Below are positions 1 through 13,746 of a DNA stretch of 64,000 nucleotides, piece after piece. Source of the stretch: Eledone cirrhosa (taxonomy: Eukaryota); assembly GCA_964016885.1 (NCBI GenBank), contig OZ024743.1, positions 145,452,001 through 145,516,000 on the forward strand. The letters run 5' to 3'. The position numbers were made by a program, and so were the translations under genes. The notes under the pieces were generated by a model. That model saw nothing but the letters and a program-made list of their open reading frames with translations. It searched no databases and was not told the DNA's origin. The stretch's first letter is position 1; every line of letters starts with the position of its first letter.

Positions 1-236
1 CTATGAAATCCCACAATGAATTTTATACTTGAATTTTCAAGTCTCAAATTTTAACTCTTCGTATTATTAATTTTTCTTAATATTAATCAACATTTGAAAA
101 GATGGCTTTTGCAGACCCATCGAAACCGGTCATTTTTTATACCCTTTATTATTTCCTTACCTTATAAAATTATGTTTTTTCACAAAAAAGTATTCTGTCT
201 CTTATATATTCCATGTGCCATTACCAACCTCAATTT

Positions 237-1017
<781 letters not shown>

Positions 1018-1029
1018 GTTATATATATA

Positions 1030-1107
<78 letters not shown>

Positions 1108-1108
<1 letters not shown>

Positions 1109-1321
1109 GCGTGTGGCTGAGTGGTTAGAGAATTGGATTCGCAATCGCAAGGTTGTGAGTTCGATTTCTGCACCAGGCGATGCGTTATGTCCTTGAGCAA
1201 GACACTTTATTTCACGTTGCTCCTTCTACCTGGAGTTGCGACTGATAGATAGTATTAGCAATTGGAAAGACCAACGGAAACATTGTTCCCTCGGTCCGAT
1301 TTGACGAAAGTCGATCGTTCC
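1108..1321 (+). mobile_element. tRNA-derived SINE family A (other copies 4265-4480, 33740-33953)
   Basis: A-box TGGCTGAGTGG and B-box GAGTTCGAT, followed by GTCCTTGAGCAAGACACTTT (CORE/V-like central motif). Three near-identical copies, followed by TA tracts. Confidence 0.85.
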
Positions 1322-1559
1322 TTTATATATATATATATATATATATTTCGTTTCTGAATTTGTTTAGCAAGATTCTTAATCTGAAAACGTGTGTTGAAAC
1401 CGATATTGTTATGCTTTGGGAGGGTCATGTTGCCAATAAGAAACACACGCACCAGTTGCTTTCACTCCAATTTATTATAAATTAAATTTATAAATTTAAG
1501 AATTTATAAATTTCCGGTTGGGTTGGTTGGTTCCATAACCGGACGGTTGTTCATATATT

Positions 1560-1592
1560 GTCAAAGTTCTTTCGTCACACCTCTTCAGTGAC
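1560..1592 (-). ncRNA. Minimal hammerhead-like motif
   Basis: Minus strand GTCA-CTGAAGA-GGTGTGAC-GAAA-GAAC-TT-TGAC. Stems II and III are very short. Confidence 0.4.
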
Positions 1593-2650
1593 TGGGGATT
1601 CTTTTCTTTGTTTTGTGCCTCTCTTTTGTTCTGTCCTACGCCATCTTGTTTTTGTATATATATATATATACATACCATATATATATATATATAAATAGAT
1701 TGATAGATAGATAGATATATTTCTTTATTTATTTTTTTTTTATTTATTTTATATATTTCTTTATATAGATAGATAGATACAATGTTTGACCTTTTTGGTG
1801 TGTCCTATTTGTTTTCACTGTTTTTTTAGCTGATGAGTTTTGTCGAATAATTGTTTCAAGGGAAATTGTAACGGAGAAATAACTACACCTACAACTATTT
1901 CAGTTTAGTTCTAATTATACAGCAATCTATTATTTGATCTTTTTTTCGGTCTTTTAGATAGTTTTCTCCACAAAGACAATGGCATAGCATCATTATAAGT
2001 GCTGTAATTTATATGATGAGCAATGACGTTTAATTGTATTTAACTATTCATGTGTTCTGTGAACATAATTCTTAAAAAGAATTCTTCAGCCATAAACAAT
2101 ATTTCGTAAATGTTAAATACCAGGAAAACATTTAACCTAACCTTTTACAATACAGGTTATTATATATATTTTTTACAAGAAATGATTGCTTCTATGAACT
2201 TAAAGAACGATTTCATTATTACTAATTGATAATTTGTCTTGCGAGCAGATTTCAAGTGTTTTGATTTTGTTCAACGAACTTCTCCGATCATAACAGAATT
2301 CTCAAAAGTTCGTATAGCATCCTCTCATAGGTGCTGAAATATTTAACTGTATAAAGATTCAAAGCGCAGCACACTGCCACTCTCATAACACTTAACTGTT
2401 TAAAAGAAATAGTAATAACACCTTATATAATAAGTCGTAAGCACTCCTGAAAATATATGGTGGTCTCCTAAATCAAGAGTGACTTAATGCTAAATGATGA
2501 ATAAAAACATTGGGCCGGCCGAACGCCTGGTGTTATTTCTTTGACTGCCGGCCCTTGTATCAAGAAAAGAAAATCTTTTTCGGGAAAATTATTGGATTTT
2601 TCCACATATAAATGTTTATTAGGAACTTTCAAAGTTTATTTTAGGTTTTG

Positions 2651-2708
2651 CCGCCTGAAGAGGTAAGGCTATCATAATTGATAGTCCTCAGTGAAATATG
2701 TATAACGG
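2651..2708 (+). ncRNA. Minimal type-I hammerhead ribozyme (partly decayed)
   Basis: CCGC-CTGAAGA-...GGCTATCA taat TGATAGTC...-GAAA-TATGTA-TA-ACGG. Confidence 0.55.
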
Positions 2709-2881
2709 AGTTTTAAATAAACCTGAATCAACTGAATATGGCCTCCGATCTTTTATTAATATATAATGTTCCGTCTTATACCGTTTATGCAGGTCGTTGA
2801 GCGCTTCTTTTTATCTGCTTCACAACCGACAGACCATGGTGTAATCTGCACATCCCTGTTCTGTTAACCCCATACTCTAAA

Positions 2882-3012
<131 letters not shown>

Positions 3013-3897
3013 GAAATAATGCAAACATTATAAAGGACTGGAATAAATAATAATACATTTTTAAAAAACATCGATGGATAAGTAGTAAATAAGAGAAAGG
3101 AGGATAAAGAGGTAAAGAAGAAGGAAAAGAAAAGTACAGTCACAAGACTAGAGGACCTAATATTCCGCGGGCAGTGACCACTGCAAATTCTATGAGGCGG
3201 AAGCCATGGAGATTGTGAAATTAAAGCAAAACTTAGTGAACGTCAAGTCTGAGATTATCAGGGCTTGTAGTCACCACCGGAAATGCACCTTTTCCGCGCT
3301 TAACTTTCCCAACTAGGAGCTAGACGAGTGCATACGTACGTGCAGGCAACAGGAGTCTAGTCTGCCAGTGCAATGGTGTAGCCCAATGTTTTGTTGAGCA
3401 CACGAACCGGCCTTGGGCCCACTGTGCAAGTATAACTTTAGCACGTATAAGAACGAACACAAACATACATAAGAACATACCCATACACGCACACGCATAC
3501 ACACACACGCATACACACACATAACATCGTACACAATCAAAAGCTTATGCGTATCAGCACACGCACATACACTTACACGTATGTACACAAACACACCATA
3601 TAGGCATATACCCAGCTTGATCATACATCCTTGTTTTCGAAAAATTCTTTTTTCCATATTAAGACATTTGTGCTCTCTACATCGAACATAAGAGCAGTTT
3701 GATGGATTGTACATGAAATCTTTCTAGAGGTTCACTATTCCTTGTACTTTTCCTTTCCTTCTGCTTTACCTCCTTATCTTCCTTTCTCCTAGTTCCTATT
3801 TATCCATCTATTTTTTTTCAAATTGTGTTATTATTTTATTCTAGTCCTTTATTATCTTTGTATTATTTCTTTTACATATATATATGTATATATATAT

Positions 3898-3949
<52 letters not shown>

Positions 3950-4003
3950 CGGATCTAGCTATCGAAACGGCCGGAGCTCATCCATCGGGGTCCTGAATCT
4001 GTT

Positions 4004-4156
<153 letters not shown>

Positions 4157-4264
4157 GTGTGAAATAAAACCAATCTGATTTATGGCGATACAAAGATAAA
4201 GAATACAACGATACAGCAATGAAGCGAAAATGAAATAAATAATACGGACAGAAAATATAGTGAA

Positions 4265-4480
4265 GGCGTGTGGCTGAGTGGTTAGAGAATTGGATTAGCA
4301 ATCGTGAGGTTGTGAGTTCGATTCCTAGACCGGACGATGCGTTATGTCCTTGAGCAAGACACTTTATTTCACGTTGCTCCTTCTACCTGGAGTTGCGACC
4401 AATAGATTATTAGCAATTGGAAAGACCAACGGAAACATTGTTTCCTCCGTCCGATTTGACGAAAGTCAATCGACTGTCCA
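4265..4480 (+). mobile_element. SINE family A copy
   Basis: Near-identical to 1108-1321. Confidence 0.85.
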
Positions 4481-4629
4481 TAGATATATATATATTATTT
4501 GTTATTCTACATTTTTATTCTTTATTTTTTATGGTTTTATTCTTTGTTTTTTTGTCTTTTTTTTCATTTCATCATTTTTATCTCACTGTCGTATTTTTCT
4601 GTCCGTATTATTTATAGTTCAAATTTGTG

Positions 4630-4940
4630 GGCGGTAGATTGGCAGTATCGGTAGAGGGTCGGACGCCATGCTTTCCAGCATAGTTACGTCCCTTTACGAT
4701 CTGAGTTCAAATCCCGCCGAGGTTGACTTTGCCTTTCATCCTTACGGGGTCGATAAAATAAAGTACCAGTAATGCACTGGGTGATTGCTGGCCTTGTGCC
4801 TAAAGTAGAAACAATTATTTATAGTTCAAATCCCGCCGAGGTTGACTTTGCCTTTCATCCGTACGGGGTCGATAAAATAAAGTACCAGTAATGCACTGGG
4901 TAATTTCTGGCCTTGTGCCTAAAGTAGAAATAATTATTTA
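4630..4940 (+). mobile_element. tRNA-derived SINE family B, full copy plus tandem 5'-truncated copy
   Basis: A-box TGGCAGTATCGG, B-box GAGTTCAAATC, central GCCTTTCATCCTTACGGGGTCGATAAAATAAAGTACC, 3' end GGCCTTGTGCCTAAAGTAGAAACAATTATT. Confidence 0.88.
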
Positions 4941-5481
4941 TTTCATTTTCGCTTCATTGTATCGTTGTATTCTTTATGTTTGTAACGCCATATATCAGAT
5001 TGGTTTTATTTCTTTATTTACTTATTTCAAAAGACTATAACCACAGACTTCCTGCAGACCGGCAATTATGCATGAATGGCTATGAGGCCAGCGTAAAATG
5101 CCTTCTTGACCAAACAATGACAGTAATAGCTGCTGAGTTCTAGGTCGCCTCCCTAGCTTGGGTTTGACCGAATACAATTTAACAGGATGAATACGACGAT
5201 AACGCTTCTCCATTCTGTCCGCCGGGACTGTGGGGCAGCCATCACGTGGGACTCCATTTGCTCACAATACAGAGAGATGGGGAGGGCGAGAGAGATGGAG
5301 ACGATGACAGTGGGAGTTCGGCTTTTCCGCGTTCGGACATATTGCACCTGTCATGTGGATCATGTGATATTTTTCCATATATATATTGTGTAGTAAATTT
5401 GATATATAATAAACGCATTCCTTTAACAGAGTGTGTGGCAGCCTAAATTAACGAATCGGAATAACTGACGCGAACATGAAC

Positions 5482-5573
5482 ACATATATTAGGAGCTTCC
5501 GATTTCAGAGTCAGGATTGAACATTAACCGATCGTTCCTCGAGCTGATCGGCAGTGAAACATATGTAATATGT
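5482..5573 (+). ncRNA. Decayed hammerhead motif
   Basis: ACATAT-attagga-GCTTCCGATT...GATCGGCAGT-GAAA-CATATG-TA-ATATGT. All three stems pair, but the 5' core has two mismatches to CUGANGA. Confidence 0.45.
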
Positions 5574-5707
5574 AATTAAATATGTATATGATGCAACACT
5601 GATTCTTTGTTCCCTTATATATTATTATTGATAGTCTGTTCCCCATGAGCATCGAGTGCACATGTTGGCATACTGCCTACGGACGCAATTACTTTGCACC
5701 TCTAATA

Positions 5708-5756
<49 letters not shown>

Positions 5757-5758
<2 letters not shown>

Positions 5759-5946
5759 CAAAGGAATTGTGGTAAGGAACCAGATGGACCATAACGCACC
5801 AGAGTACTCAATAGTTAGGGTAGTAGAGTGGGAAATAGGAAAAAGTATGACCCCGACAGCAGAGCTCAAGCCATTTCGACAGCTATTTCTGGACTAAATT
5901 AGAATTTTTAGCTTGGTGAATAAATAGCCGAACTAGTCAAGGGGGT
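5757..5946 (-). mobile_element. Inverted pseudo-LTR-like segment with decayed HHR (family R2), directly 5' of a Penelope-like RT
   Basis: Minus strand ACCCC-cttgacta-..CGGCTATTT...AAATAGCTG..-GAAA-TGGCTTGAGCTCTGCTG-TC-GGGGT. Related copies at 3955, 24337, 34991 and 63293. Confidence 0.6.
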
Positions 5947-6084
5947 ACTTCCTTATATGGGAAGATTGTAGTTGTCAAGAGGATTAGTTAAAATTTGTTG
6001 TAAACACAAATAAGTCTATCATGGCATTTGGTGGGAAGTAGGGGTGGCTGAACTTGCCTGTCCTACTTTTCGACAACTCCAAGT

Positions 6085-6860
6085 GGATAAAAACTCACCC
6101 TTCGACGTCAGTATGGGCGCGACGGATTCGGCCGAGGTCACAGATCTTATAGGATTATTCCTACTATTTAAACTCACCGAAATGTTTCCTGCATTCGGCG
6201 GTGGATTGTACCGGGATGATGGGGTCGTCACCCTCAAAGGGTACAACCCCAGTAGTATAGACCGAGTCCGTAAACAACTAATCAACTTCTTCCGGGACTG
6301 GGTATTTAAAATCACCCTACAAACGTCCCTAACCCGGGTCAATTTCCTGGACGTTACCCTTAACCTCTAAAATGATCTGTACTACCCATACAGGAAACCA
6401 AACGACAACCTGCACTACATTCACCGCCACCCTAACCATCCTAGAAACATCACCAATAACCTGGTTAAAAACATCTCCTTCCACATATCTCGTTTGTCCG
6501 CTAATGAGCAGATATTCGACGAACACGCGCCACATTACAACCAGGCCCTCAAACGGAGTGGCTTCCGGGAGGAAATATCCTTTTATCCAGCTGCCCTTAG
6601 CGGAACCAGCAGGCGACACCGCCGCTCACGCAACGTAACGTGGTTCAATCCTCCCCATAATGCCGAGGTGGCAACACCTATCGGGAAAATCTTCTTTAGA
6701 CTCCTCGAAAAACACTTCCCACTACAACACCGCTACCACAACATAATCAACAAAAACACCACCAAACTCTCCTACAGCACCACACCTAACTTCGCACAAA
6801 ACATCGTCTCCTCAAACAACAAAAAACTCAACCCCTATGGAAGAGCACAACTTAAAATAC
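6085..6860 (+). pseudogene. Penelope-like (Naiad-type) reverse transcriptase fragment, frameshifted
   Basis: FDVSMGATDSAEVTDLIGLFLL, GLYRDDG, NFLDVTLNL, then after a frameshift RNVTWFNPP...IGKIFFRLLEKHFP...KLSYSTTPN. These are typical PLE RT core, thumb and linker motifs. Confidence 0.88.
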
Positions 6861-7302
6861 CCACAGCGAATCTTATGTATGCCTAAACCTATTGTATATA
6901 CTTTCATATTCACATCTATTCTAAACCATACTCTGATAGTGCAACTGATAATTAATAACAAATTATCGTATCAGGGGTATAAAATACATTGGCGAACTCA
7001 AATTCAATAACATTGGCACAAGGAGACATTTTGGAGGTAGGGTATAGTCAATTTAGTTGACTCAAGTATATGATTGATACTCGTATCTAACCTGGAAGAT
7101 GAAAAGCAAGTTTGATGCGAGTGAAATTATGAAACGTAAAACGTCACAAGTAGACGCTGTCGTGTGTTTTGTCTGTTGCTGTACTAATTCACTGACATAA
7201 TAATCATATCTACCATATGTACGAAGACTCATTCTTTTTATGATGGAGGAATCAATGAAATGGACCTATTACTTCACTGGTTTTTATATTAATGAACCCA
7301 AA

Positions 7303-7691
7303 ATAATTGTTTCTACTTTTTGGCACAATGCCAGCAATTATTCCAGTGCATTACTGGTACTTTATTTTATCGACCCTGTAAGAATGAAAGGCAAAGTTAA
7401 CCTCGGCGAGATTCGAACTCAGAATGGCAAGGGCCGTAACTCTATGCGTCAAAGTATAGCGTCCGACCCTCTACCGATACTGCCAATCCACCGCACAAAA
7501 TAATTGTTTCTACTTTTGGCACAAGGCCAGCAATTACCCAGTGCATTACTGGTATTTTATTTTATCGACCCCGTAAGGATGAAAGGCAAAGTAAACCTCG
7601 GCAGGATTTGAACTCAGAATGGCAAGGACCGTAACTCTATGCGTCAAAGCATGGCGTCCGACCCTCTATCGATACTGCCAATCCACCGCCC
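7303..7691 (-). mobile_element. Two tandem SINE family B copies
   Basis: Reverse complement of the SINE B consensus twice, head-to-tail. Confidence 0.88.
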
Positions 7692-7773
7692 AAAATAATG
7701 ACAGGTAAAGGTCTATCCCGGCGGCATCAGAACATACATACATACATACATACGTACGTACGTATGTACGTAC

Positions 7774-7831
<58 letters not shown>

Positions 7832-8740
7832 ATGTGTGTGTGTGTATATAATGTTAACTACTTAACACATACACTCAGTCCATAAAATATTAATCAACAA
7901 CAGATATTCTAATTCGTTATTAGACCAAGCCACAGAACAATACTATCATGAATACAACAGAATAAATACATCACACACAACACCTCATAAAAGTATACAA
8001 ACCACACCTAAAGTGTATTGCATGAATGAAATGCATGTGATATATGAACACAATATCAAAAACCTCATAAAGCAGAACACAATGCTTTGATTCAATCCAT
8101 AAACTACAAACACATTGAAATCTAAACTCTTCTTATCAATAACAAATCACAAGCAAGAAAACCCGTGAACAAGCTGCTTCGACTTTTATATTAACCATAA
8201 AATTATGGTACTCTCTCACAAGCTCACCAGTGCACTTACATGAAACGCTTGTAAATGCACAACAAACAACACAAAACAAAACTTCATAGGAAAACATTAG
8301 TAAACAACACATCTATACTATATAGAATTCCCCACAAAAAGAGGTTGATGATGATGGAATCAAGATTCTGAAATAAACACATGATTAGTATACATTAATC
8401 AGAAAAAGAAACTCGCACCCAACTGACGATGTCTACATCTGTTAGTCACAAATCCCTAGTTTAATTCAGCATAAATCACATTGGCCTTGCCTACTTTTAT
8501 AGTCTCATCCAGATGATGAGACTATGAAAGTCTAGAAATATTGTTGATAGATTTAGAAACTAACTAACAACACATACTGAAAGGGACTCATACGACAACA
8601 TAAAAAACAATCTTAAGAAAACGATAAAACCAGAAAATATTTTGATATTATTAAACATGTGTAAAAGAACTCTTCCTCGTGTGTGTGTGTGTGTGTGGGT
8701 GTGTGGGTGTGGGTGTGTGGGTGGGTGTGTGTGTGTGTGT

Positions 8741-8826
<86 letters not shown>

Positions 8827-8948
8827 AGCTTGTTGACTAATGAAGTATAGGAAAAAATTTTAATTTTAAATATAGTTGTTCCAACGCAAATGGCTGTAAT
8901 AAAGGAACTTTCAGTCTCTGGAGCTAATTTATACGATTTTATCAACTA

Positions 8949-9540
8949 CTAGCAGTGGTCCCCGGCGTTGCATGGGATAAGGTATTTTGGAACGCGGACC
9001 GCCAACAGACTTAATCGTGGAAAAACTGCATGCCTGGACAATATGTAAAGAATACAACCGAATACTCTGATGGTTGGATATTTTTAAAGATTTTCCTCGA
9101 TGAAGCAGGAAAAATGCAGGTTTTCACCTAATGCGGGGATCCAGAAAATGAATATTTTTTATGTGCATAATATGCCTTGAAATTTCGGGAAAATCGGCTA
9201 CATGTAACGCCTCAAAAAAGCCCTCAAAAGCTGAAAAAATGAAGTTTTTCACCTAATGCGGGCCTTAGGCCATAAAAAGTTGGATTTTCTTTGCTCACGG
9301 TATGAAGAAGAGATTGACTAATACATAGTTACAATTTCAAGGAAAAGGGTCTGACGTAACGCCTCAGAAAAACCCTAAAAACCTGAAAAATCGCAGTTTT
9401 TCACCCAATGAGGGCCCTAGGGGATGAAAAAATTGAACTTTTTTATGTGCATAACACTCCCTGAAACATAAGTAATACACATGTAAAGTCTGAAAAAAGT
9501 CGGTTGGGTACTTCTCGAGTTTTAGGGATTCAAACTCACA

Positions 9541-9614
<74 letters not shown>

Positions 9615-9915
9615 CTCAGGGAAGTGACGTAATGCAGACAGCCAGACATACAGACAGATATCATAAGGGCGGGATTTTATATCTATGTATCTATCTAAAA
9701 AGAGAAAGACTAAGAATTATAGAGAGAGATTGCAAAATTGCCTAATGCGGTCCCTAGGGCATTGAAAATTTGAATTTTTCTTTGCTCAGAACACTCCCTG
9801 AAACATAAGTATTACATGTGTAACGTTTGAAAACAGTCGGTTGGGTGGTTCTCGAGTTTTAGGGATTCAAACTCAGACACACACAGACAGACATCCTCAT
9901 TTTTATATATATAGA
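8949..9915 (-). mobile_element. Non-autonomous Helitron
   Basis: Minus strand starts TCTATATATATAAAAATGAGG at 9915 and ends with a GC-rich subterminal hairpin CCCATGCAACGCCGGG...CTAG|T at 8949. Internal subrepeats present. Confidence 0.7.
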
Positions 9916-10835
9916 CTAGCAGAAAACCACCCGGTGGGCGGTTTTCTGCTAGCAAATCTAGTGTATATACTGATATTGTTGAGATTTGGATGAGAAATGT
10001 TTTCGGCACCACATGTTCACCGTCTCTCGGTGTGTCTTTTATGCATGTATAAATATATATGTTATCTATACGGTGAAATCTTTGAAATAAATATATGTTA
10101 AAACGAAAAAGGAGAAAATAAATAACTGGCGGTTAGAAAAAAATATTCCTATGAAATTTTAATCATACCATTAGGTGTGAATAAGGAAATATTTTTTTAT
10201 TGTCAAAACAAATTTTCAAAAGTTAAACTTCAATTTTTTGAATTATTTCCAACTTTTTTCATGAAATTGAAAACTGCTGGAAATGGAAATTAAACCGTAT
10301 TTAATTGTATTTAAATTTCTAACCTTATTTTATTATTTATATTTTTTCACTAAGAAATAAAAAAAAACAACAAAAATTGAAGAAAAAAATTGAACAAATC
10401 AAACGTAGGTTATGGAACTGCGCAATCTGATTAATAGATTACCTCATCAGCAGCAACCTTCTTCAAATGGTCCTTATTATCAGCAGCAACAACCACAAAT
10501 TCAATGGCAACCTTCTTCAAACCACAAATTCAATGGCAACCTTCTTCGTATGGTGTCAAGTCAGAACCGCCTCGAACTGGTTACTTCTGGCTTGTGCAAG
10601 ATGTCTCTATAGCAACCAGCGATTCCCTCGGCCTCAGTGACCAAAGTCAGTGGAGAGGGGAAGGTAATATTTCTGTAGCACGTGTTTTAGCGTCTATTCA
10701 CTCTCTCTCTCTCTCCCTCCCGCTATCCCCCTCTCGTAGTCTGTCTCTTTCTTTCACTCTCACTCTCTCTCTACGCACGTGTTTCCACTGTCGGACAGAC
10801 AGACAGAGAAATTTCTGGTTATATATATAAGTAGA
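9916..10835 (-). mobile_element. Second non-autonomous Helitron, head-to-tail with the first
   Basis: A|TCTACTTATATATATAACC at 10835. CTAG end at 9916 abuts the TC of the neighbour. Confidence 0.65.
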
Positions 10836-10838
10836 TTA

Positions 10839-11028
10839 TCGGTGGATTGGCAGTATCGGTAGAGGGTCGGACGCCATGCTTTGACGCATAGAGTTACGGT
10901 CCTTGCCATTCTGAGTTCAAATCCCGCCGAGGTTAACTTTGCCTTTCATCCTTACGGGGTCGATAAAATAAAGTACCAGTAATGCACTGGGTAATTGCTG
11001 GCCTTGTGCCAAAAGTAGAACCAATTAT
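10839..11028 (+). mobile_element. SINE family B copy (partial copy follows at ~11060-11190)
   Basis: Matches the family B consensus. Confidence 0.87.
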
Positions 11029-11213
11029 CTATAGTGATCGTCTAATTAACTATTATTATTGTTCTGAGTTCAAATCCCAACGAGGTTAACATTCTCTTTC
11101 ATCCTCACGGGGTCGATAAAATAAAGCACTGGGTTTGATTTAATCGACTTTCCCTTCCCCAAAAATTGCTGGCCATATCAGAAACCATTATTCTCATTTG
11201 CGTTGGTACAATA

Positions 11214-11521
11214 TCTTCTTCTTCTTCTTCTTCTTCTTCTTCTTCTTCTTCTTCTTCTTCTTCTTCTTCTTCTTCTTCTTCTTCTTCTTCTTCTTCTTCT
11301 TCTTCTTCTTCTCCTCCTCCTCCTCCTCCTCCTCCTTATTCTTCTTCTTCTTCTCCACCTCCTTCTTCTCCTTCTCCTTCTCCTTCTTCTTCTCCTTCTC
11401 CTTCTCCTTCTCCTTCTTCTTCTCCTTCTCCTTCTCCTTCTTCTTCTTCTTCTTCTCCTTCTCCTTCTTCTTCTTCTTCTTCTTCTTCTCCTTCTCCTTC
11501 TCCTTCTTCTTCTTCTTCTTC
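11214..11521. repeat. (TTC)n/(TCC)n trinucleotide repeat
   Basis: Explains the poly-S/F/L/R/E ORFs. Confidence 0.97.
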
Positions 11522-11910
11522 TGTTGCTGTCAGATTCAACTCTCTCCAATTAATCAGGTTGAATCCCCAAGCGAGACCAGCCGAGTTCATGGATGTTATT
11601 CAACCATCTTGCTCGGGGTATTATATATATATATATTAAATTCTATTTGAAAACATATTATCTATATTCCTAAATATGTGAGTGAGAGAATCAGGTCCTC
11701 AAAATATATGACTGGTGACTACACCAAGAACATGTATGCTCTCAGACCAAACTGAGGCGTCTGGCTTTTGAAGCAATCACTTTTCATAACATTTGCAGTG
11801 GGGTCGCACTTCCTTCTCATCTAGTTAAAGTGGTATTTGAAGATGATAATGAGATTTGGACCGGGATATGAAGATCTTTATCACCATTTCAAGTTAATGT
11901 AGTCTCAGAT

Positions 11911-12101
11911 AATAATTGTTTCTACTTTAGGCACAAGGCCAGCAATTATCCAGTGCATTACTGGTACTTTATTTTATCTACCCCGTAAGGATGAAAGGCA
12001 AAGTCAACCTCGGCGGGATTTGAACTCATATCGTAAGGGGACATAACTATGCTGGAAAGCATGGCGTCCGACCCTCTACCGATACTGCCAATCCACCGCC
12101 C
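11911..12101 (-). mobile_element. SINE family B copy with target-site duplication
   Basis: TAGTCTCAGATAATAAT on both sides (~11900 and ~12102). Older copies at ~12770-13155, 18050-18180, 18800-19130, 19940-20130, 24780-24900 and 28580-28720. Confidence 0.88.
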
Positions 12102-13421
12102 ATAGTCTCAGATAATAATATTTGAAAATAAGCTATGGTGGTCACGGGTGGAATTCGTTGAATCATAAATCTGTTAAGTCAGAGGTTATCTGGAACTAAA
12201 AATAAGAAGTGAGGTTTCTGTCTAATTCCACTGGTTAGGAATATGTGTGTACTCAACGAATTTGTTGTGAACGGTTTACTTTCTCGCCGCATCTTGAACA
12301 AGTTCAGCTGGCGGCACAACTATACATATAAATCTGATACTGAACCAGTAATGCCTTTGTAAAACTTTCAGAAATAAATTCGTCTCACTCGGTGTCGAGG
12401 AACTTGCTCATTGACTGCTCCTGTTACCAGCTCGTGTTACTGGAACTCATTTCAAATTTCGAGAGGTCCGACACAATGATACAGTTCATGAATTCAATCG
12501 AAATGTCCTTCACTACATATAATTTCAACAGTAAGAACGTAAATGCCAAAACGTTCAATGGTGGTAAATGAAGAAACCCTAGTCAGACCGAGCGTGTAAT
12601 GCTAAACGTCATCGATTCGTGGTCATTTACCCAGACAACCAACTAGATTTCGCTGTATGCTAGAACGATCCAATTTCTGAAGATACTGTTTAGTTTTGAC
12701 CTTAGTTCTAAGATTAAATCATGCCGAGATCAGTTTTCGTTTTCCTTACTCCGATATTAGTATTAATAATTATTTCTACATTTGACACAAGGCCAGCAAT
12801 TTTGAAAGGAAAGGAAAAGTCGATTAAATCGACCCCAGTACATTACTGGTACTTTATTTTATCGACCTCGTAAGGATGAAAAGCAAAGGTAACCTCGGTG
12901 GGATTTGAACTCTGAACATAAACAGCCATAACTATATACTGTAAAGCATGTTGTCTGACGTTCTACTGATATTCCCAATCCACTGCCCGTACTGGTAATG
13001 ATTTCTGATTTAGGTACAAGTTCACGTTGACACCGTAAAGATCAAAGGCAAAGCTAACCTAGGCAGAATTTGAAATCAAACCCTAATGGAACGTAACTAT
13101 ATGCCACAAAGCTTGTTTCTGATGCTCTAACGATTCTGCCAATCCACCGCCCGAACTACTAATGAGTTCAATTTGCCGAATATTCTCCATTCCTATAAAC
13201 ACTGATTAGGTGTCGGTACAGTAAATCGATTTTCGGGGTACAATTATCCAGGAATCCTTATTTCGTTTGTGTGTGAGCCAAAATGGAAATGCATAGATGT
13301 TCATGGAATTCTCTCAAAATCATTGGTGGTGCGAGTTAAGTCAAATGGCTCTCGGACTATGATCAAAGGCATTCCATATATATATATATTCATTTTATTA
13401 CAAAGTAATCAGACAAGAACA

Positions 13422-13469
13422 CTTTTCTGATGACCCTGTGATAACTAAGCGAGACTCCAGAGTAACAAG
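13422..13469 (+). ncRNA. Decayed hammerhead motif (GAAA>GAGA)
   Basis: CTTTT-CTGATGA-...-GAGA-CTCCAGAG-TA-ACAAG, in a ~170-nt unit between TA tracts. Confidence 0.4.
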
Positions 13470-13697
13470 ACTCACTATTTAGCCTTAATAAAATGAATAT
13501 TTAAACTCTACTTCGGTATTGAGTACTCTTTTCTTTCAGCCGTCAAACCACATACGGATATATATATATATATATAGTATTAGGGATACTATTTATGGTT
13601 ATGTATGTAATAAAACCTTTATGGTTATATATTTTTTTATACAAACCCTAAATAGTGAAAGATAGTCATTAATTACTATCTTATTATCACTAAATAG

Positions 13698-13746
13698 TTG
13701 CTCCGAAGAATTCAAACCTCGGTTTGGAGGAAACAATTGTAAGCAA
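13698..13746 (+). ncRNA. Minimal type-I hammerhead, core variant CCGAAGA
   Basis: TTGCT-CCGAAGA-aTTCAAAC ctcg GTTTGGAg-GAAA-CAATTG-TA-AGCAA. Unit is flanked by TA tracts. Confidence 0.65.

Noticed and set aside
1108-1180. tRNA-like heads with A and B boxes
   Set aside because: Always fused to SINE bodies and lacking a clean cloverleaf, so not tRNA genes.
1822-1880. CTGATGAG...GAAT/GAAA as a hammerhead
   Set aside because: Stems I and II do not pair convincingly.
7850-8640. Possible highly decayed PLE remnant (WFNP-like and KLWYS-like words, hairpin near 8495-8532)
   Set aside because: Too degenerate to support by eye; needs a translated HMM search.
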